A stretch of DNA of 64,000 nucleotides from positions 16,710 to 80,709 of the forward strand of contig JAHFHF010000002.1 of assembly GCA_023247055.1 (NCBI GenBank). The letters are read 5' to 3'. Positions 54,501 through 64,000 of this stretch are shown here, piece after piece (positions within the stretch are counted from its first letter, which is position 1; each line of letters starts with the position of its first letter). The DNA is from Candidatus Omnitrophota bacterium (GTDB lineage Bacteria; Omnitrophota; Omnitrophia; Omnitrophales; Aquincolibacteriaceae). The notes beneath the pieces were generated by a model. That model saw only the letters and a program-made list of their open reading frames with translations. It was not told the origin of the DNA and did no database searches. A program made the translations under genes and the position numbers.

Positions 54501-55632
54501 GGATAATGAAAGGTTCAAAAAGTTCCAGCGCCATTTTCTTGGGAAGACCGCATTGGTGCAATTTGAGTTCCGGCCCAATGACGATGACGGAACGGCCGGA
54601 ATAGTCGACGCGTTTACCGAGAAGGTTCTGGCGAAAACGGCCCTGCTTACCTTTGAGCATGTCGCTCAAAGATTTCAGCGGGCGGTTGCCGGAACCGAGC
54701 ACCGGGCGGCCATGGCGGCCGTTGTCAAAAAGAGCATCAACGGCTTCCTGCAGCATGCGCTTTTCATTGCGGATAATGACGTCCGGAGCTTTCAAGTCGA
54801 GCAGTTTCTTCAACCGGTTATTACGGTTGATGACGCGGCGGTAAAGGTCGTTCAAATCGCTGGTGGCAAAACGGCCGCCGTCCAAAGCCACAAGCGGGCG
54901 CAGGTCCGGCGGAATCACCGGGACCACATCCAGAATCATCCATTCAGCCTTATTGCCGGATTTGCGGAAAGCATCCGCAATTTTAAGAATCTTAATCGCG
55001 CGGGCACGGGCCTGCTTCGACTTGGAAGTCTTGACCTGGCGCTGATATTTCGTCGCCATTTTGTCGAGTTCTAATTCTTTTAAAAGATCGCGCACGGCTT
55101 CGGCGCCCATCTTGGCGACAAAACTCGTGGAACCGTATTGCTCCTGGGCCTTGTGATAATCCTCTTCGGTCAAAAGCTGGGATTTTTTAAGCGGCGTTTC
55201 TTTGGGATCAATCACGATATATTCTTCGTAATACAAGACCTTTTCCAAAGCACGTACGCTGATATCCAGCAAATTACCGATGCGCGAAGGCATGGTCTTA
55301 AAAAACCAGATGTGTGAAACCGGCGTCACAAGCGCGATATGCCCCATGCGCTCACGGCGAACGCGTGACTGCGTGACTTCGACGCCGCAGCGGTCGCAGA
55401 CAATGCCCTTATGCTTAATGCGCTTGTACTTTCCACAGCTGCATTCGTAGTCGCGGGTCGGTCCAAAAATTTTCTCACAGAAAAGCCCGTCTTTTTCCGG
55501 CTTCAGCGTGCGGTAGTTAATGGTTTCCGGCTTCTTGACTTCGCCGCGGGATAATTCGTAAATCGACTCGGGAGACGCAATCCGGATGGTTACGGAGTCA
55601 AACATGTTGATGTCATAGTCTATGCTGCTCAT
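51589..55632 (-). CDS. rpoC: RNA polymerase beta' subunit
   Basis: [32 protein letters not shown]. Confidence 0.99.
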   Translation of the reverse strand: MSSIDYDINMFDSVTIRIASPESIYELSRGEVKKPETINYRTLKPEKDGLFCEKIFGPTRDYECSCGKYKRIKHKGIVCDRCGVEVTQSRVRRERMGHIALVTPVSHIWFFKTMPSRIGNLLDISVRALEKVLYYEEYIVIDPKETPLKKSQLLTEEDYHKAQEQYGSTSFVAKMGAEAVRDLLKELELDKMATKYQRQVKTSKSKQARARAIKILKIADAFRKSGNKAEWMILDVVPVIPPDLRPLVALDGGRFATSDLNDLYRRVINRNNRLKKLLDLKAPDVIIRNEKRMLQEAVDALFDNGRHGRPVLGSGNRPLKSLSDMLKGKQGRFRQNLLGKRVDYSGRSVIVIGPELKLHQCGLPKKMALELFEPFIIRKLKERGHVHTIRSAKKMVERVKPEVWDILEEVIREHPVLLNRAPTLHRLGIQAFEPVLIEGKAIRIHPLVCAAFNADFDGDQMAVHVPLSMEAQMECWVLMLSANNVFSPASGNPITTPSQDIVLGIYYLTKIADKMQGEGTVFADAEEAIFAYQDKEIHKHAKCKLRVADGSIIETTLGRIIFNQVLPKGFRYVNEVIDKGKLAKIIAQCYRQFGHSEVILLLDRLKALGFEEATRAGISIGIDDIQIPATKEKLLTDARKEVQAIESQYRNGIITAGERYNKIIDIWTHVTDLVSDSMFSMFDSFNPIFMMADSGARGSKQQIRQLAGMRGLMAKPSGEIIESPITANFREGLTVLEYFISTHGARKGLADTALKTADSGYLTRRLVDVSQDVIVTEDDCGTLSGIFIEPMYEGEEVIVALRDRILGRVPLDNVVDVVTDQLIVKSGEVIDEKIADRLDEVGIEKIRIRSVLTCESTRGCCAKCYGRDLSTGRMVELGTAVGIIAAQSIGEPGTQLTMRTFHIGGTASNIVEQSYFRAKNGGLLQYHNLKTVVTTKNEIIVLNRNGQLTIQDQSGRELERYTIPSGAIISTKDGQEVKKDDIFVKWDPYTVPILTELSGKVRFEDIKAGVTMNEEMNATTGMVERVIVDHREELHPQLLIVGASEEILAFYPIPVGAHIVVKDGQDVTSGTLLAKTPRKVAKTRDITGGLPRVAEVFEARKPKNPAIISEIDGIVEIGDVVKGQRKILVKSSAGMEKEYLIPHGKHLNVYKGDRVVAGQQLVDGPVVPQDILRVSGERSLQEYLVNEVQEVYRLQGVKINDKHVEIIVRQMLRKVRIEDPGDTEFLVGAHIDKIKFGQENAAMLKKGKEPAKATAVLLGITKASLTTESFISAASFQETTRVLTEAASAGKRDELLGLKENVIMGHLIPAGTGFMEHRQIQMKKEISEILPDVSKAAEAPQEAKEKA

Positions 55633-58600
55633 GCTTGCAATTTCTCCTTGGCTCTTTGTTTGCGTTCTTCAGCGCTGTTCTGCTGCGCATCATTCGTCCG
55701 GGCGGCGAGAAGAGTACGCTCTTTACCCGCCTGTGTTTTTTCCGGCATGATGTTAAGGGCAAGCGCCTGCAGTTCCTTCACAAGCACGTTAAATGATTCG
55801 GGGGTGCCCGCATGCAGCGCCGGCTCTCCCTTGACGATGGCCTCATATACGCGGGTGCGGCCGACCACGTCGTCGCTCTTCACGGTCAAAAGCTCTTGCA
55901 GCGTGAAAGCAGCGCCATAAGCTTCAAGCGCCCACACTTCCATTTCACCGAAACGCTGTCCGCCGAACTGCGCCTTGCCGCCCAAAGGCTGCTGCGTCAC
56001 AAGCGAGTAGGGACCGATGGCTCGGGCATGGATCTTGTCATCCGCCAAATGGGCCAGCTTAAGCATATAGATGTAGCCCACCGTAACGCGCTGGTCAAAT
56101 CTTTCACCCGTACGGCCGTCGTAAAGCTCAGTCTTGCCATCTTCAGGTAGATTTGCTTTGCGTAAATAGTCGCGAATTTCTTCTTCCGTTGCGCCGCTGA
56201 AAACCGGCGTTTCAATTTTGACGCCAAGCGCTTGAGCTGCCCAGCCCAAATGCGTTTCCAAAATCTGTCCGACGTTCATACGCGAGGGCACGCCCAGCGG
56301 ATTGAGAATGATCCCCACGGAGGTTCCATCCGGAAGATACGGCATGTCTTCTTCCGGCAGAATGCGGGCAATCACGCCTTTGTTTCCATGGCGGCCGGCC
56401 ATTTTATCGCCCACGGAGATCTTGCGCTTGGAGCAAATATAAGCCACGACTTTCTTGATGACGCCTGGAGGAAGTTCATCGCCTTTTTTGACGCGCTCGA
56501 CTTCACGCGTTCTTTCGCCGATCAGTTCATCGATTTCATCGCCCCACACACGGGCCACTTTACGAATGCTTTCTTCGACTTCCGGCTCATCTTCGAGGCG
56601 GATAGAATCCCAATCGCACTCTTCGAATTTTTTCAAGTCAGGCTTCGTGATCACCTTACCGGCCTTGATCAAAATCTCGCCCAAGATATCATCAAGCAGA
56701 TCTTCGGCCAATTTTTTGCCCACGATCAAATCTGTGACCTTGTTGATGCGCTCGCGCTTAAGCACGTCGATGCGGTGCTGATAGCGGTCTTTGATTTCGT
56801 TGATGGCTTTATTTTCATCGCGCCGTTCTTCACGCGTCTTAGAGGCTGATTCCTTGCGCGCGAAAACTTTGACGTCGACTACGATCCCTTCCACGCCCGG
56901 CGGCACGGTCAAAGATGCATCGCGCACATCGCCGGCTTTTTCGCCAAAAATCGCGCGCAGCAACTTTTCTTCGGGGGAAAGTTCGGTTTCGGATTTCGGA
57001 GTAATTTTTCCGACCAGAATGTCGCCTGGTTTTACTTCGGCGCCGATGCGGATAATCCCCTCTTCATCCAAATCCTTCAAAGCCTCTTCGCTGACATTCG
57101 GAATATCGCGCGTAATTTCTTCATTGCCCAGCTTCGTGTCGCGCGCTTCGATTTCGAACTCTTCAATGTGCAGGGACGTATACACGTCTTCTTTGCAGAA
57201 TTTCTCACTAACAATGATCGCGTCCTCGAAGTTGTAGCCGCGCCAAGGCATAAAAGCCACAAGCACGTTGCGTCCTAGCGCTAACTCACCTGCGTCTGTT
57301 GCCGTGCCATCTGCAATAATGTCGCCGCGCTTTACTTTATCGCCCAATGCAACCAAAGGACGCTGGTTAATACAAGTGCCGGCATTGGAACGTTCGAATT
57401 TTTTAAGACGGTAACTCAGGTCATCAACAACGATTTCGGTCGAACTGACGGCCGTGACCGCGCCTTTGGCTTTCGCTACAATTGTAGCGCCTGAATCTTT
57501 GGCCACATGGTATTCCATGCCCGTGCCCACATACGGAGATTCCGTAATCATCAAAGGAACGGCTTGGCGCTGCATGTTCGAACCCATGAGCGCACGGTTG
57601 GCGTCGTCATGTTCAAGGAACGGAATCAGCGACGCAGCCACGCTGACCAACTGACGCGGCGAAACGTCCATATAGTCAATTTCCGTAGGTTTCTTTTTGG
57701 GGAAATCACCACGGCAGCGGCACGAAACCAAATCATCGACAAACCGGCCCTTTTCATCCAAACGCGCATTGGCCTGCGCGATAACATACTTGTCTTCCAT
57801 ATCCGCAGTCAGGTAGTCGATCTTGTCCGTGACCTGGCCTTTTTCGACCTTGCGATACGGACTTTCCAAAAAACCGATCGAGTTGACGCGGGCAAAGGTG
57901 CTGAGCGAAGCGATCAAACCAATGTTCGGACCTTCCGGCGTTTCAATTGGGCAGATACGGCCGTAGTGCGAAGGGTGTACGTCGCGCACTTCAAAACCAG
58001 CGCGTTCGCGCGACAAACCACCGGGGCCAAGGGCCGACATACGGCGCTTGTGCGTCAGTTCGGCCAAAGGATTGGTTTGATCCATAAACTGTGAAAGCTG
58101 GCTGCGGCCGAAGAAATCCTTAATCGCCGCCGAAATCAGTTTAGGATTGATCAAGTTGTGCGGCATCGCAGCATCCAGATCGTAAATTGACATTCTTTCT
58201 AGGCAAGAGCGCTTCATACGGGCCAGTCCCACGCGGAACTGATCCTGAAGCAGTTCGCCGACGGAACGGACGCGGCGGTTGCCAAGATGGTCGATATCGT
58301 CAACCTGAAGATCGCCGATACGCAATTTCAGCAGCACCGAAACCACTTGAATTACGTCTTCTTTGCGCAGCGTGGTTTGCTTCAGATCGGCATCAAAACC
58401 CAATTTGCGGTTGAGCATGAACCGGCCGACTTTACCGAGTTCATAGCGCTGGGGATCAAAAAATAATTTGTGGATTAAATCTTTGGCGCTGGCTTCCGTC
58501 GGAGGATCGCCCGGACGCATGCGGCGGTAGATAGCAATCTGGGCATCCAGCGCACTTTGATAAGGGTCGCGCTCAAGCGTGTTAAAAATCGACACGTCAT

Positions 58601-59423
58601 CGACCTTGGCCTTGACCACGGAAATAGAACTAACTTTATTGGACTCGAAAACCTGCAGGGTTTCTTTGGTAATCTTGGATCCCGCGGTCGCAATAGGCTC
58701 TTTGCTTTCCGCATGCAGCACATCCGCTGCCAAATAACGGCCTTCTGTTTTGGCAAAGGAATTTTTACTGATGTCTTCGATTTCAAAAATGTTCTTGAGA
58801 ATATCGGCCGTCGTTGAAAAGCCAATGGCACGAAGGAGGGTCGTGGCCAGGATTTTTCTGCGGCGGTCAATATAGGCATACAGAACATCGTTGATGTCCG
58901 ACTCGAATTCAATCCACGCGCCGCGGTGCGGAATGATGCGAACGCTGAAGATGCGCTTGCCGCTTGCATGCAGGCTCTGCTCGAGCGAAACGCCCGGCGA
59001 ACGGTGCAATTGGCTGACCACCACACGCTCGGCGCCGTTAATAATAAACGTACCCACTTCGGTCATAAGCGGCAGGTCGCCGATATAGACTTCCTGCTCT
59101 TTGACAACGCTGCCGCGCAGCAAGCGGATTTTCACTTTGAGCGGCGCTGCATACGTCATCCCGCGCTTGTGGCATTCGGGAATGGAGTACTTGGGTTTAC
59201 CGAGCGAATAGCTGTCGTACTCAAGACGGCAAGAACCGTCAAAACTCTCAATAGGAAAACAATCCTGAAAAACTGCTTCAAGCCCCTGCCTTTTACGGCG
59301 GCGCTGGGAACGATCTGTCTGAAGAAATTCTTCATAGGACCGGACCTGAATTTCCACGAGATTCGGCATTTCCATCGTGTCGCGGATTTTCGTCAGGCTT
59401 TTACGGGTTCTTACAGGAATCAT
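55629..59423 (-). CDS. rpoB: RNA polymerase beta subunit
   Basis: [30 protein letters not shown]; start placed at ATG 59423 after GGAGG. Confidence 0.99.
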   Translation of the reverse strand: MIPVRTRKSLTKIRDTMEMPNLVEIQVRSYEEFLQTDRSQRRRKRQGLEAVFQDCFPIESFDGSCRLEYDSYSLGKPKYSIPECHKRGMTYAAPLKVKIRLLRGSVVKEQEVYIGDLPLMTEVGTFIINGAERVVVSQLHRSPGVSLEQSLHASGKRIFSVRIIPHRGAWIEFESDINDVLYAYIDRRRKILATTLLRAIGFSTTADILKNIFEIEDISKNSFAKTEGRYLAADVLHAESKEPIATAGSKITKETLQVFESNKVSSISVVKAKVDDVSIFNTLERDPYQSALDAQIAIYRRMRPGDPPTEASAKDLIHKLFFDPQRYELGKVGRFMLNRKLGFDADLKQTTLRKEDVIQVVSVLLKLRIGDLQVDDIDHLGNRRVRSVGELLQDQFRVGLARMKRSCLERMSIYDLDAAMPHNLINPKLISAAIKDFFGRSQLSQFMDQTNPLAELTHKRRMSALGPGGLSRERAGFEVRDVHPSHYGRICPIETPEGPNIGLIASLSTFARVNSIGFLESPYRKVEKGQVTDKIDYLTADMEDKYVIAQANARLDEKGRFVDDLVSCRCRGDFPKKKPTEIDYMDVSPRQLVSVAASLIPFLEHDDANRALMGSNMQRQAVPLMITESPYVGTGMEYHVAKDSGATIVAKAKGAVTAVSSTEIVVDDLSYRLKKFERSNAGTCINQRPLVALGDKVKRGDIIADGTATDAGELALGRNVLVAFMPWRGYNFEDAIIVSEKFCKEDVYTSLHIEEFEIEARDTKLGNEEITRDIPNVSEEALKDLDEEGIIRIGAEVKPGDILVGKITPKSETELSPEEKLLRAIFGEKAGDVRDASLTVPPGVEGIVVDVKVFARKESASKTREERRDENKAINEIKDRYQHRIDVLKRERINKVTDLIVGKKLAEDLLDDILGEILIKAGKVITKPDLKKFEECDWDSIRLEDEPEVEESIRKVARVWGDEIDELIGERTREVERVKKGDELPPGVIKKVVAYICSKRKISVGDKMAGRHGNKGVIARILPEEDMPYLPDGTSVGIILNPLGVPSRMNVGQILETHLGWAAQALGVKIETPVFSGATEEEIRDYLRKANLPEDGKTELYDGRTGERFDQRVTVGYIYMLKLAHLADDKIHARAIGPYSLVTQQPLGGKAQFGGQRFGEMEVWALEAYGAAFTLQELLTVKSDDVVGRTRVYEAIVKGEPALHAGTPESFNVLVKELQALALNIMPEKTQAGKERTLLAARTNDAQQNSAEERKQRAKEKLQA

Positions 59424-59504
59424 AGGCCAATTGCCTCCCATTAATCGTTCTGAACTATCGCAACAAAGGGTCTTGAATACCCTTCGTAATACTCTTCAAA
59501 TACT

Positions 59505-59631
59505 TATCATTCTCGCCTCGGCATGGAAGCCGAGACTATCATGCTCAGCGCTGTTTGCTCCGTGTCATTCCCGCATGCTTTAGGCGGGAATCTAACTCGC
59601 TAGATCCCCGCCAAAAACATGCGGGGATAAC
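59505..59631 (+). repeat. One 58-bp module plus GTCATTCCCGC element with a short spacer
   Basis: tatcat at 59505 and tgtcat at 59563 (58 apart); gatccccg..cggggataac right end. Confidence 0.85.
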
Positions 59632-59658
59632 CATCAAACTACTACCGCAATTTGATGG

Positions 59659-60081
59659 TTACTTGATCTCGACTTTAGCGCCCTGCTCTTCGAGAATTTT
59701 CTTGATCTTGTCAGCTTCTTCTTTGGTGACGCCTTGCTTGACCATCTTCGGCGCGCCCTCAACCAAGTCTTTGGCTTCTTTCAAGCCCAAGTTGGTGACG
59801 GCACGAATCTCTTTAATCACCTGGATCTTCTTGTCACCGGCACTGGCTAAAATAACATCAAAGGCCGTCTTTTCTTCGACGGCTGCCGCACCGCCTGCTG
59901 CACCGCCGCCTGCGGGCGCTGCAACGGCCACGGCCGCCGCTGCTGAAACACCAAAACGCTCTTCAAGCGCTTTGACCAGTTCGGCTAATTCCAGAACCGT
60001 CAATTCTTCGATCGTTTTCAAAACTCCCTGAAGCTTGGCCGAAAGACTTTTGCCCGCTTCCACTGCTGTTTCGTTTGACAT
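59659..60081 (-). CDS. rplL: 50S ribosomal protein L7/L12
   Basis: [19 protein letters not shown]; start placed at ATG 60081. Confidence 0.97.
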   Translation of the reverse strand: MSNETAVEAGKSLSAKLQGVLKTIEELTVLELAELVKALEERFGVSAAAAVAVAAPAGGGAAGGAAAVEEKTAFDVILASAGDKKIQVIKEIRAVTNLGLKEAKDLVEGAPKMVKQGVTKEEADKIKKILEEQGAKVEIK

Positions 60082-60136
60082 GTTACCCTCCTTGAAATTT
60101 ACTAAATAACCGGAATTGAATTTTCCGGAACTGTTT

Positions 60137-60673
60137 TTAAGATGCCGCGCCTTCTTTTTTCTTTTTGATTTCATTCAGCGCTACGGCAAACCCTCTCAAT
60201 ACTTGGTTGAGAGTCATGACAAATCCCGAAATCGGGGACTTCATACGGACGACCACTTGCGTCAAGAGTTCTTGCCGGGACGGCAGCAAAGCCAGCGACT
60301 TGATGAACTGCTGGTCATAGAGTTTCTTTTCAAATACAACGGCACGGGGCACAAATTTTTCGTTTTTCTTGGCGAAATCAACAATGGCTTTAGAAATGGT
60401 TTGCGGCGCACCTTCGCCAAACGTAATCAGGACATGCCCTTTGAGATAAGAATCAATTTCACCTAAAGACAAATTCGCGAATGCTTTGCGGGCTAGCGTG
60501 TGCTTGACGACCAACGACCGCGTAGAAACCTTGCCCAGCGAACGGCGCAATTCAGCCAAAGCTTCCAATGGAAAATTCTCAAAGTTAGAAATGAACGCAT
60601 ACGGGCTTCCTGTCAGCTCGCGCTCGATTTCCCTCAACATGATTTCTTTGACCGGCGATACAGCAGTTCTCAT
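60137..60673 (-). CDS. rplJ: 50S ribosomal protein L10
   Basis: ELRR, VVKHTL, LA.LPSR..L; lies between rplA and rplL. Confidence 0.92.
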   Translation of the reverse strand: MRTAVSPVKEIMLREIERELTGSPYAFISNFENFPLEALAELRRSLGKVSTRSLVVKHTLARKAFANLSLGEIDSYLKGHVLITFGEGAPQTISKAIVDFAKKNEKFVPRAVVFEKKLYDQQFIKSLALLPSRQELLTQVVVRMKSPISGFVMTLNQVLRGFAVALNEIKKKKEGAAS

Positions 60674-60680
60674 GACAACC

Positions 60681-61373
60681 TCACAACAGGGACGGGGCCA
60701 GCGGAACACCCGGGCCTTGCGTCGGCGCAATCGTTACTTTTCTGAGAAAATCACCTTTACTAGACGCAGGCTTGGCATCCCGGACCGCTTTGATAACGAC
60801 CCGCGCATTTTCCAGCAGCGCACTTTCTGAAAATGAAATTTTTCCGCAGACCGCATGCAGGCCGCCGGTCTTATCCGTTTTGAACTCAATGCGGCCGGCT
60901 TTCAATTCTTTCACCGCGCGCCCGATATTCGGCGTCACAGTCCCCGTCTTAGGCGACGGCATCAGGCCTTTAGGGCCCAAAACGCGGCCAAGTTTACTGA
61001 CTTCACGCATCATGTCCGGATGGGCCACCAGCGCATCAAAATCAAGCCAGCCGCCCTGGATTTTCGCGACCAAATCTTCAGCACCGACGGCTTCTGCGCC
61101 TTCGGCTTCCGCTTCACGCGCGCCTTCTCCTTTGCAAATACAGACCACACGAAGTTTTTTTCCGCTGCCATGCGGCAGGCTGACCGTGCCACGGATCATC
61201 TGATCGCTCTGGTCCGCTTTGATACCCAGCTGAAAATTAATCGAAATGGTCTCATCGAACTTATTGCCCTTGACCTGCTTGATGGCCTTGAGGGCGTCTT
61301 CCAAACTATAGGACTTGGAAGAATCCACCAACTTCTTGCGATCCTGCATGCGTTTGCTGATTTTACTGTTCAT
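60681..61373 (-). CDS. rplA: 50S ribosomal protein L1
   Basis: KFDET, LPHGSGK, LGPKGLMPSPK.GTV. Confidence 0.97.
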   Translation of the reverse strand: MNSKISKRMQDRKKLVDSSKSYSLEDALKAIKQVKGNKFDETISINFQLGIKADQSDQMIRGTVSLPHGSGKKLRVVCICKGEGAREAEAEGAEAVGAEDLVAKIQGGWLDFDALVAHPDMMREVSKLGRVLGPKGLMPSPKTGTVTPNIGRAVKELKAGRIEFKTDKTGGLHAVCGKISFSESALLENARVVIKAVRDAKPASSKGDFLRKVTIAPTQGPGVPLAPSLL

Positions 61374-61383
61374 AATTTTGTCC

Positions 61384-61809
61384 TTACCCAACCACTTCAA
61401 GACCCATGCTGCGCGCGGTTCCTTCAACGATCTTGATGGCCGCATCCAACTTGAGCGTGTTCATGTCTTCCATTTTTCCGCGAGCGATGTCACGCACTTG
61501 ATCACGGGTGACTTTTCCAATAATGTGCCGGCCCGGCTCTGATGAAGCTTTGGCAAGTCCAGCCGCTTTTTTAAGTACGCTGGCCACGGGCGGGGACTTT
61601 AAAATAAACGTGAACGATTTATCCTTGTAGACGGTCAGCACGACCGGAAGTGTTTCACCAGCACGGGCCTTGGTGCGCTCATTGAACTGCTTGCAAAATT
61701 CCATGATGTTAACGCCGTGTTGACCAAGCGCCGGACCGATCGGAGGTGCCGGATTGGCCTGCCCTGCGGAAATTTGCAATTTAATGCGCGTTTGAATTTC
61801 TTTTGCCAT
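61384..61809 (-). CDS. rplK: 50S ribosomal protein L11
   Basis: [22 protein letters not shown]. Confidence 0.98.
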   Translation of the reverse strand: MAKEIQTRIKLQISAGQANPAPPIGPALGQHGVNIMEFCKQFNERTKARAGETLPVVLTVYKDKSFTFILKSPPVASVLKKAAGLAKASSEPGRHIIGKVTRDQVRDIARGKMEDMNTLKLDAAIKIVEGTARSMGLEVVG

Positions 61810-61837
61810 AGCTGCTTTTCCTTAAAATTTTAAGCCC

Positions 61838-61917
61838 TGTCATCCCGAATCCGCCGAAGTTTTAGCGGCGGGTGAAGGATCTCAACCCTGAGATTCTTCG
61901 CTTCGCTCAGAACGACA
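61838..61917. repeat. TGTCATCC..GAAGGATCTC..GAGATTCTTC palindromic element
   Basis: Inverted homologue of 31495-31576. Confidence 0.85.
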
Positions 61918-61925
61918 AATTAAAA

Positions 61926-62465
61926 TTATATTTTTTCCACTTGCCAGTACTCGAGTTCAACCGGCGTGGAACGTCCAAAAATAGTGACCATGACTTTGAG
62001 TTTGCCGCGGTCAGGATTAATTTCTTCAATCGTGCCGTTGAAGTTCGCGAAAGCGCCTTCTTTAACGCGCACATTCTCACCAATGGAAAACTCGACTTTC
62101 GGCTTGGGCTTCGTCGTTTTTTCTTCCTGCTGATTCAGAATCTGCGAGACATCCTGATCAGAAAGCGGAATCGGATTTTTTCCCGAACCGACGAATCCGG
62201 AAATGCCCGGCGTGTTTTTGACCAGATACCAGCTGTCATCCGTCAGATCCATCTGCACCAGAATGTACCCGGGGAAAAACTTACGTTCTGAAATTCTTTT
62301 TTTGCCGGAGCGCACTTCGCTGACCTTCTCCGTCGGCACCAGCACTTGGTGAATCAAATGCTTCATGCCGGCCAGTTCAGCCCGGCTTTCCAAATTTGCT
62401 TTCACCCGCGACTCAATGCCCGTCTGAGTGTGAATCACATACCATTTGTGGTCAGTCATTTGCAT
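61926..62465 (-). CDS. nusG: Transcription termination/antitermination factor NusG
   Basis: WYVIHT, FPGYILV, IFGRSTPVEL. Confidence 0.97.
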   Translation of the reverse strand: MQMTDHKWYVIHTQTGIESRVKANLESRAELAGMKHLIHQVLVPTEKVSEVRSGKKRISERKFFPGYILVQMDLTDDSWYLVKNTPGISGFVGSGKNPIPLSDQDVSQILNQQEEKTTKPKPKVEFSIGENVRVKEGAFANFNGTIEEINPDRGKLKVMVTIFGRSTPVELEYWQVEKI

Positions 62466-62466
62466 A

Positions 62467-62652
62467 TCATCCAATCAAAAGGCGCATGATAATGGAGAGT
62501 ACAGAATCCACCGCGCCGATAAAAACCGCTAAAATACCCGTCGTAATAATGACAACGGCTGTGGCCTGCCAAAGTTCTTCGCGCGTGGGCCAGGTGACCT
62601 TGTTGAGTTCCTGCTTTGTTTCTTTAAAAAAATTTCCTACGCCACCCAACAT
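62467..62652 (-). CDS. secE: Preprotein translocase SecE
   Basis: ELNKVTWP plus one TM helix. Confidence 0.95.
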   Translation of the reverse strand: MLGGVGNFFKETKQELNKVTWPTREELWQATAVVIITTGILAVFIGAVDSVLSIIMRLLIG

Positions 62653-62671
62653 GCTCTCCGTCCTTTGTTAA

Positions 62672-62749
62672 TGGCAGGCCTGGCAGGATTCGAACCTGCA
62701 ACATGCGGTTTTGGAGACCGCCGCTCTAGCCAGTTGGAGCTACAGGCCT
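62672..62749 (-). tRNA. tRNA-Trp(CCA)
   Basis: AGGCCTG acceptor stem, GCGGT-CT-CCA-AA-ACCGC anticodon arm, GGTTCGAATCC, encoded CCA. Confidence 0.96.
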
Positions 62750-62763
62750 CCGCCAGCGTCCTG

Positions 62764-62913
62764 CTACTTTTGTTCTTTATGCGGTGTATGCTTGCGGCAA
62801 AACCGGCAATATTTTTTCAGTTCAAGCCGATCCGGCGTATTCTTCTTGTTCTTACGCGACGAATAGGTTTTGCGCTTACAATCGAGACACGCGAGGATAA
62901 TAATGTCCCTCAT
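62764..62913 (-). CDS. rpmG: 50S ribosomal protein L33 (49 aa, zinc type)
   Basis: Manual translation [49 protein letters not shown]. Confidence 0.95.
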   Translation of the reverse strand: MRDIIILACLDCKRKTYSSRKNKKNTPDRLELKKYCRFCRKHTPHKEQK

Positions 62914-63017
62914 AAAACGTCACTTCCTTAACATGCAATTTAGATAGTCCAGGCTTCTTGCAATACACAAAGCCTGGAAAGCTCGCCAGGGAGATTTAAC
63001 TCGGACAGGGCTCGCTG

Positions 63018-64000
63018 CTACTGGATAATCTGGTTGACGACACCGGCACCCACGGTTTTACCGCCTTCGCGGATGGCAAAACGGAGCTCTTTTTCCATAG
63101 CAATCGGCGCAATGAGCTCTGCTTCAACTTCCACGTTGTCACCAGGCATCACCATTTCGGTGCCTGCGGGCAGCTTCACGACTCCGGTCACGTCGGTCGT
63201 GCGGAAATAAAACTGAGGACGATACCCATTGAAGAAAGCCGTATGACGGCCGCCTTCTTCTTTGCTCAAGATGTAAACCTGCGCTTTAAACTTGGTGTGC
63301 GGAGTGACGCTGCCCGGGGCAGCGATAACCATACCGCGCTCAAGCTGATTTTTTTCAACGCCGCGCAGCAGAAGTCCGACGTTATCGCCTGCCCGGCCGT
63401 CATCCAGCAGCTTACGGAACATTTCTACGCCCGTGACTGTTGACTTCAGCGGCAGTTTTTGAAAACCAACCACTTCGACTTCCTGGCCAACCTTAATAAT
63501 ACCGCGCTCAATACGGCCGGTAGCAACCGTTCCACGGCCGGAAATTGAGAACACGTCTTCGATAGGCATAAGAAAAGGCTTATCGATATCGCGCTTCGGT
63601 TCCGGAATGCTTTCATCCAGCGCCTTGAGCAAATTCATGATCGGCTCAATTGCTTTGGGATCCGTCGGATTGGTGGCTGCCGCTAATCCTGAACCGCGAA
63701 TGATCGGAATCGTATCGCCGGGGAAATCATACTTCTTCAGAAGATCGCGCACTTCGAGCTCAACGAGATCGAGAAGTTCTTTGTCTTCCACGGCATCCAC
63801 CTTATTCAGGAAGACGACGATCGCCGGCACGCCAACCTGGCGGGCAAGCAAAATGTGTTCGCGCGTCTGAGGCATAGGGCCGTCAAGCGCCGACACAACG
63901 AGGATAGCGCCGTCCATCTGTGCCGCACCCGTGATCATGTTCTTAATATAGTCCGCATGTCCCGGGCAGTCCACGTGAGCATAGTGGCGTTTGTCGGAAC
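63018..64000 (-). CDS. tuf: Elongation factor Tu (5' part outside the window)
   Basis: [40 protein letters not shown]. Confidence 0.99.
   Translation of the reverse strand, partial: SDKRHYAHVDCPGHADYIKNMITGAAQMDGAILVVSALDGPMPQTREHILLARQVGVPAIVVFLNKVDAVEDKELLDLVELEVRDLLKKYDFPGDTIPIIRGSGLAAATNPTDPKAIEPIMNLLKALDESIPEPKRDIDKPFLMPIEDVFSISGRGTVATGRIERGIIKVGQEVEVVGFQKLPLKSTVTGVEMFRKLLDDGRAGDNVGLLLRGVEKNQLERGMVIAAPGSVTPHTKFKAQVYILSKEEGGRHTAFFNGYRPQFYFRTTDVTGVVKLPAGTEMVMPGDNVEVEAELIAPIAMEKELRFAIREGGKTVGAGVVNQIIQ

Noticed and set aside
53626-55074. Long plus-strand ORFs opposite rpoC and ribosomal genes (e.g. 44298-45461, 43264-44160, 18179-19069)
   Set aside because: Antisense shadows of conserved genes with no recognisable motifs.

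Overview
Bacterial chromosomal window, mostly housekeeping genes. Gene order and protein features look PVC-superphylum-like, possibly Ca. Omnitrophota (inference, not checked by search). The region 1-15 kb is an accessory-type block: EfpL-type EF-P, two fatty-acid desaturases, Dps, a methyltransferase/FAD-oxidoreductase pair, an APC permease, an initiator tRNA-fMet split by a 226-nt group I intron, and a REC/GGDEF-EAL/histidine-kinase cluster. The region 15-33 kb is a minus-strand run from aspC, a short mfd, surA, pdxA, rsmA, mutS, mutL, radC, sixA, a polyprenyl synthase, rsmI, purN and eno to ftsB. The region 33-64 kb is one minus-strand superoperon, tuf-rpmG-tRNA(Trp)-secE-nusG-rplKAJL-rpoBC-rpsLG-fusA-S10-spc-alpha. 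Intergenic spaces are rich in small palindromic repeats, with no transposase in the window. The most unusual signals are: (1) a 58-bp two-hairpin tandem module with covarying stems, attached in 0-2 copies to a GTCATTCCCGC element; (2) a frame-restored 60-bp version of that module translated inside the polyprenyl synthase; (3) the same element joined to the stop codons of mutL, infA and rplL by locus-specific hairpins; (4) the tRNA-fMet group I intron; (5) an in-frame TAA in fusA; (6) a 644-aa minimal Mfd; (7) a recoded duplicate of the efp 3' end.
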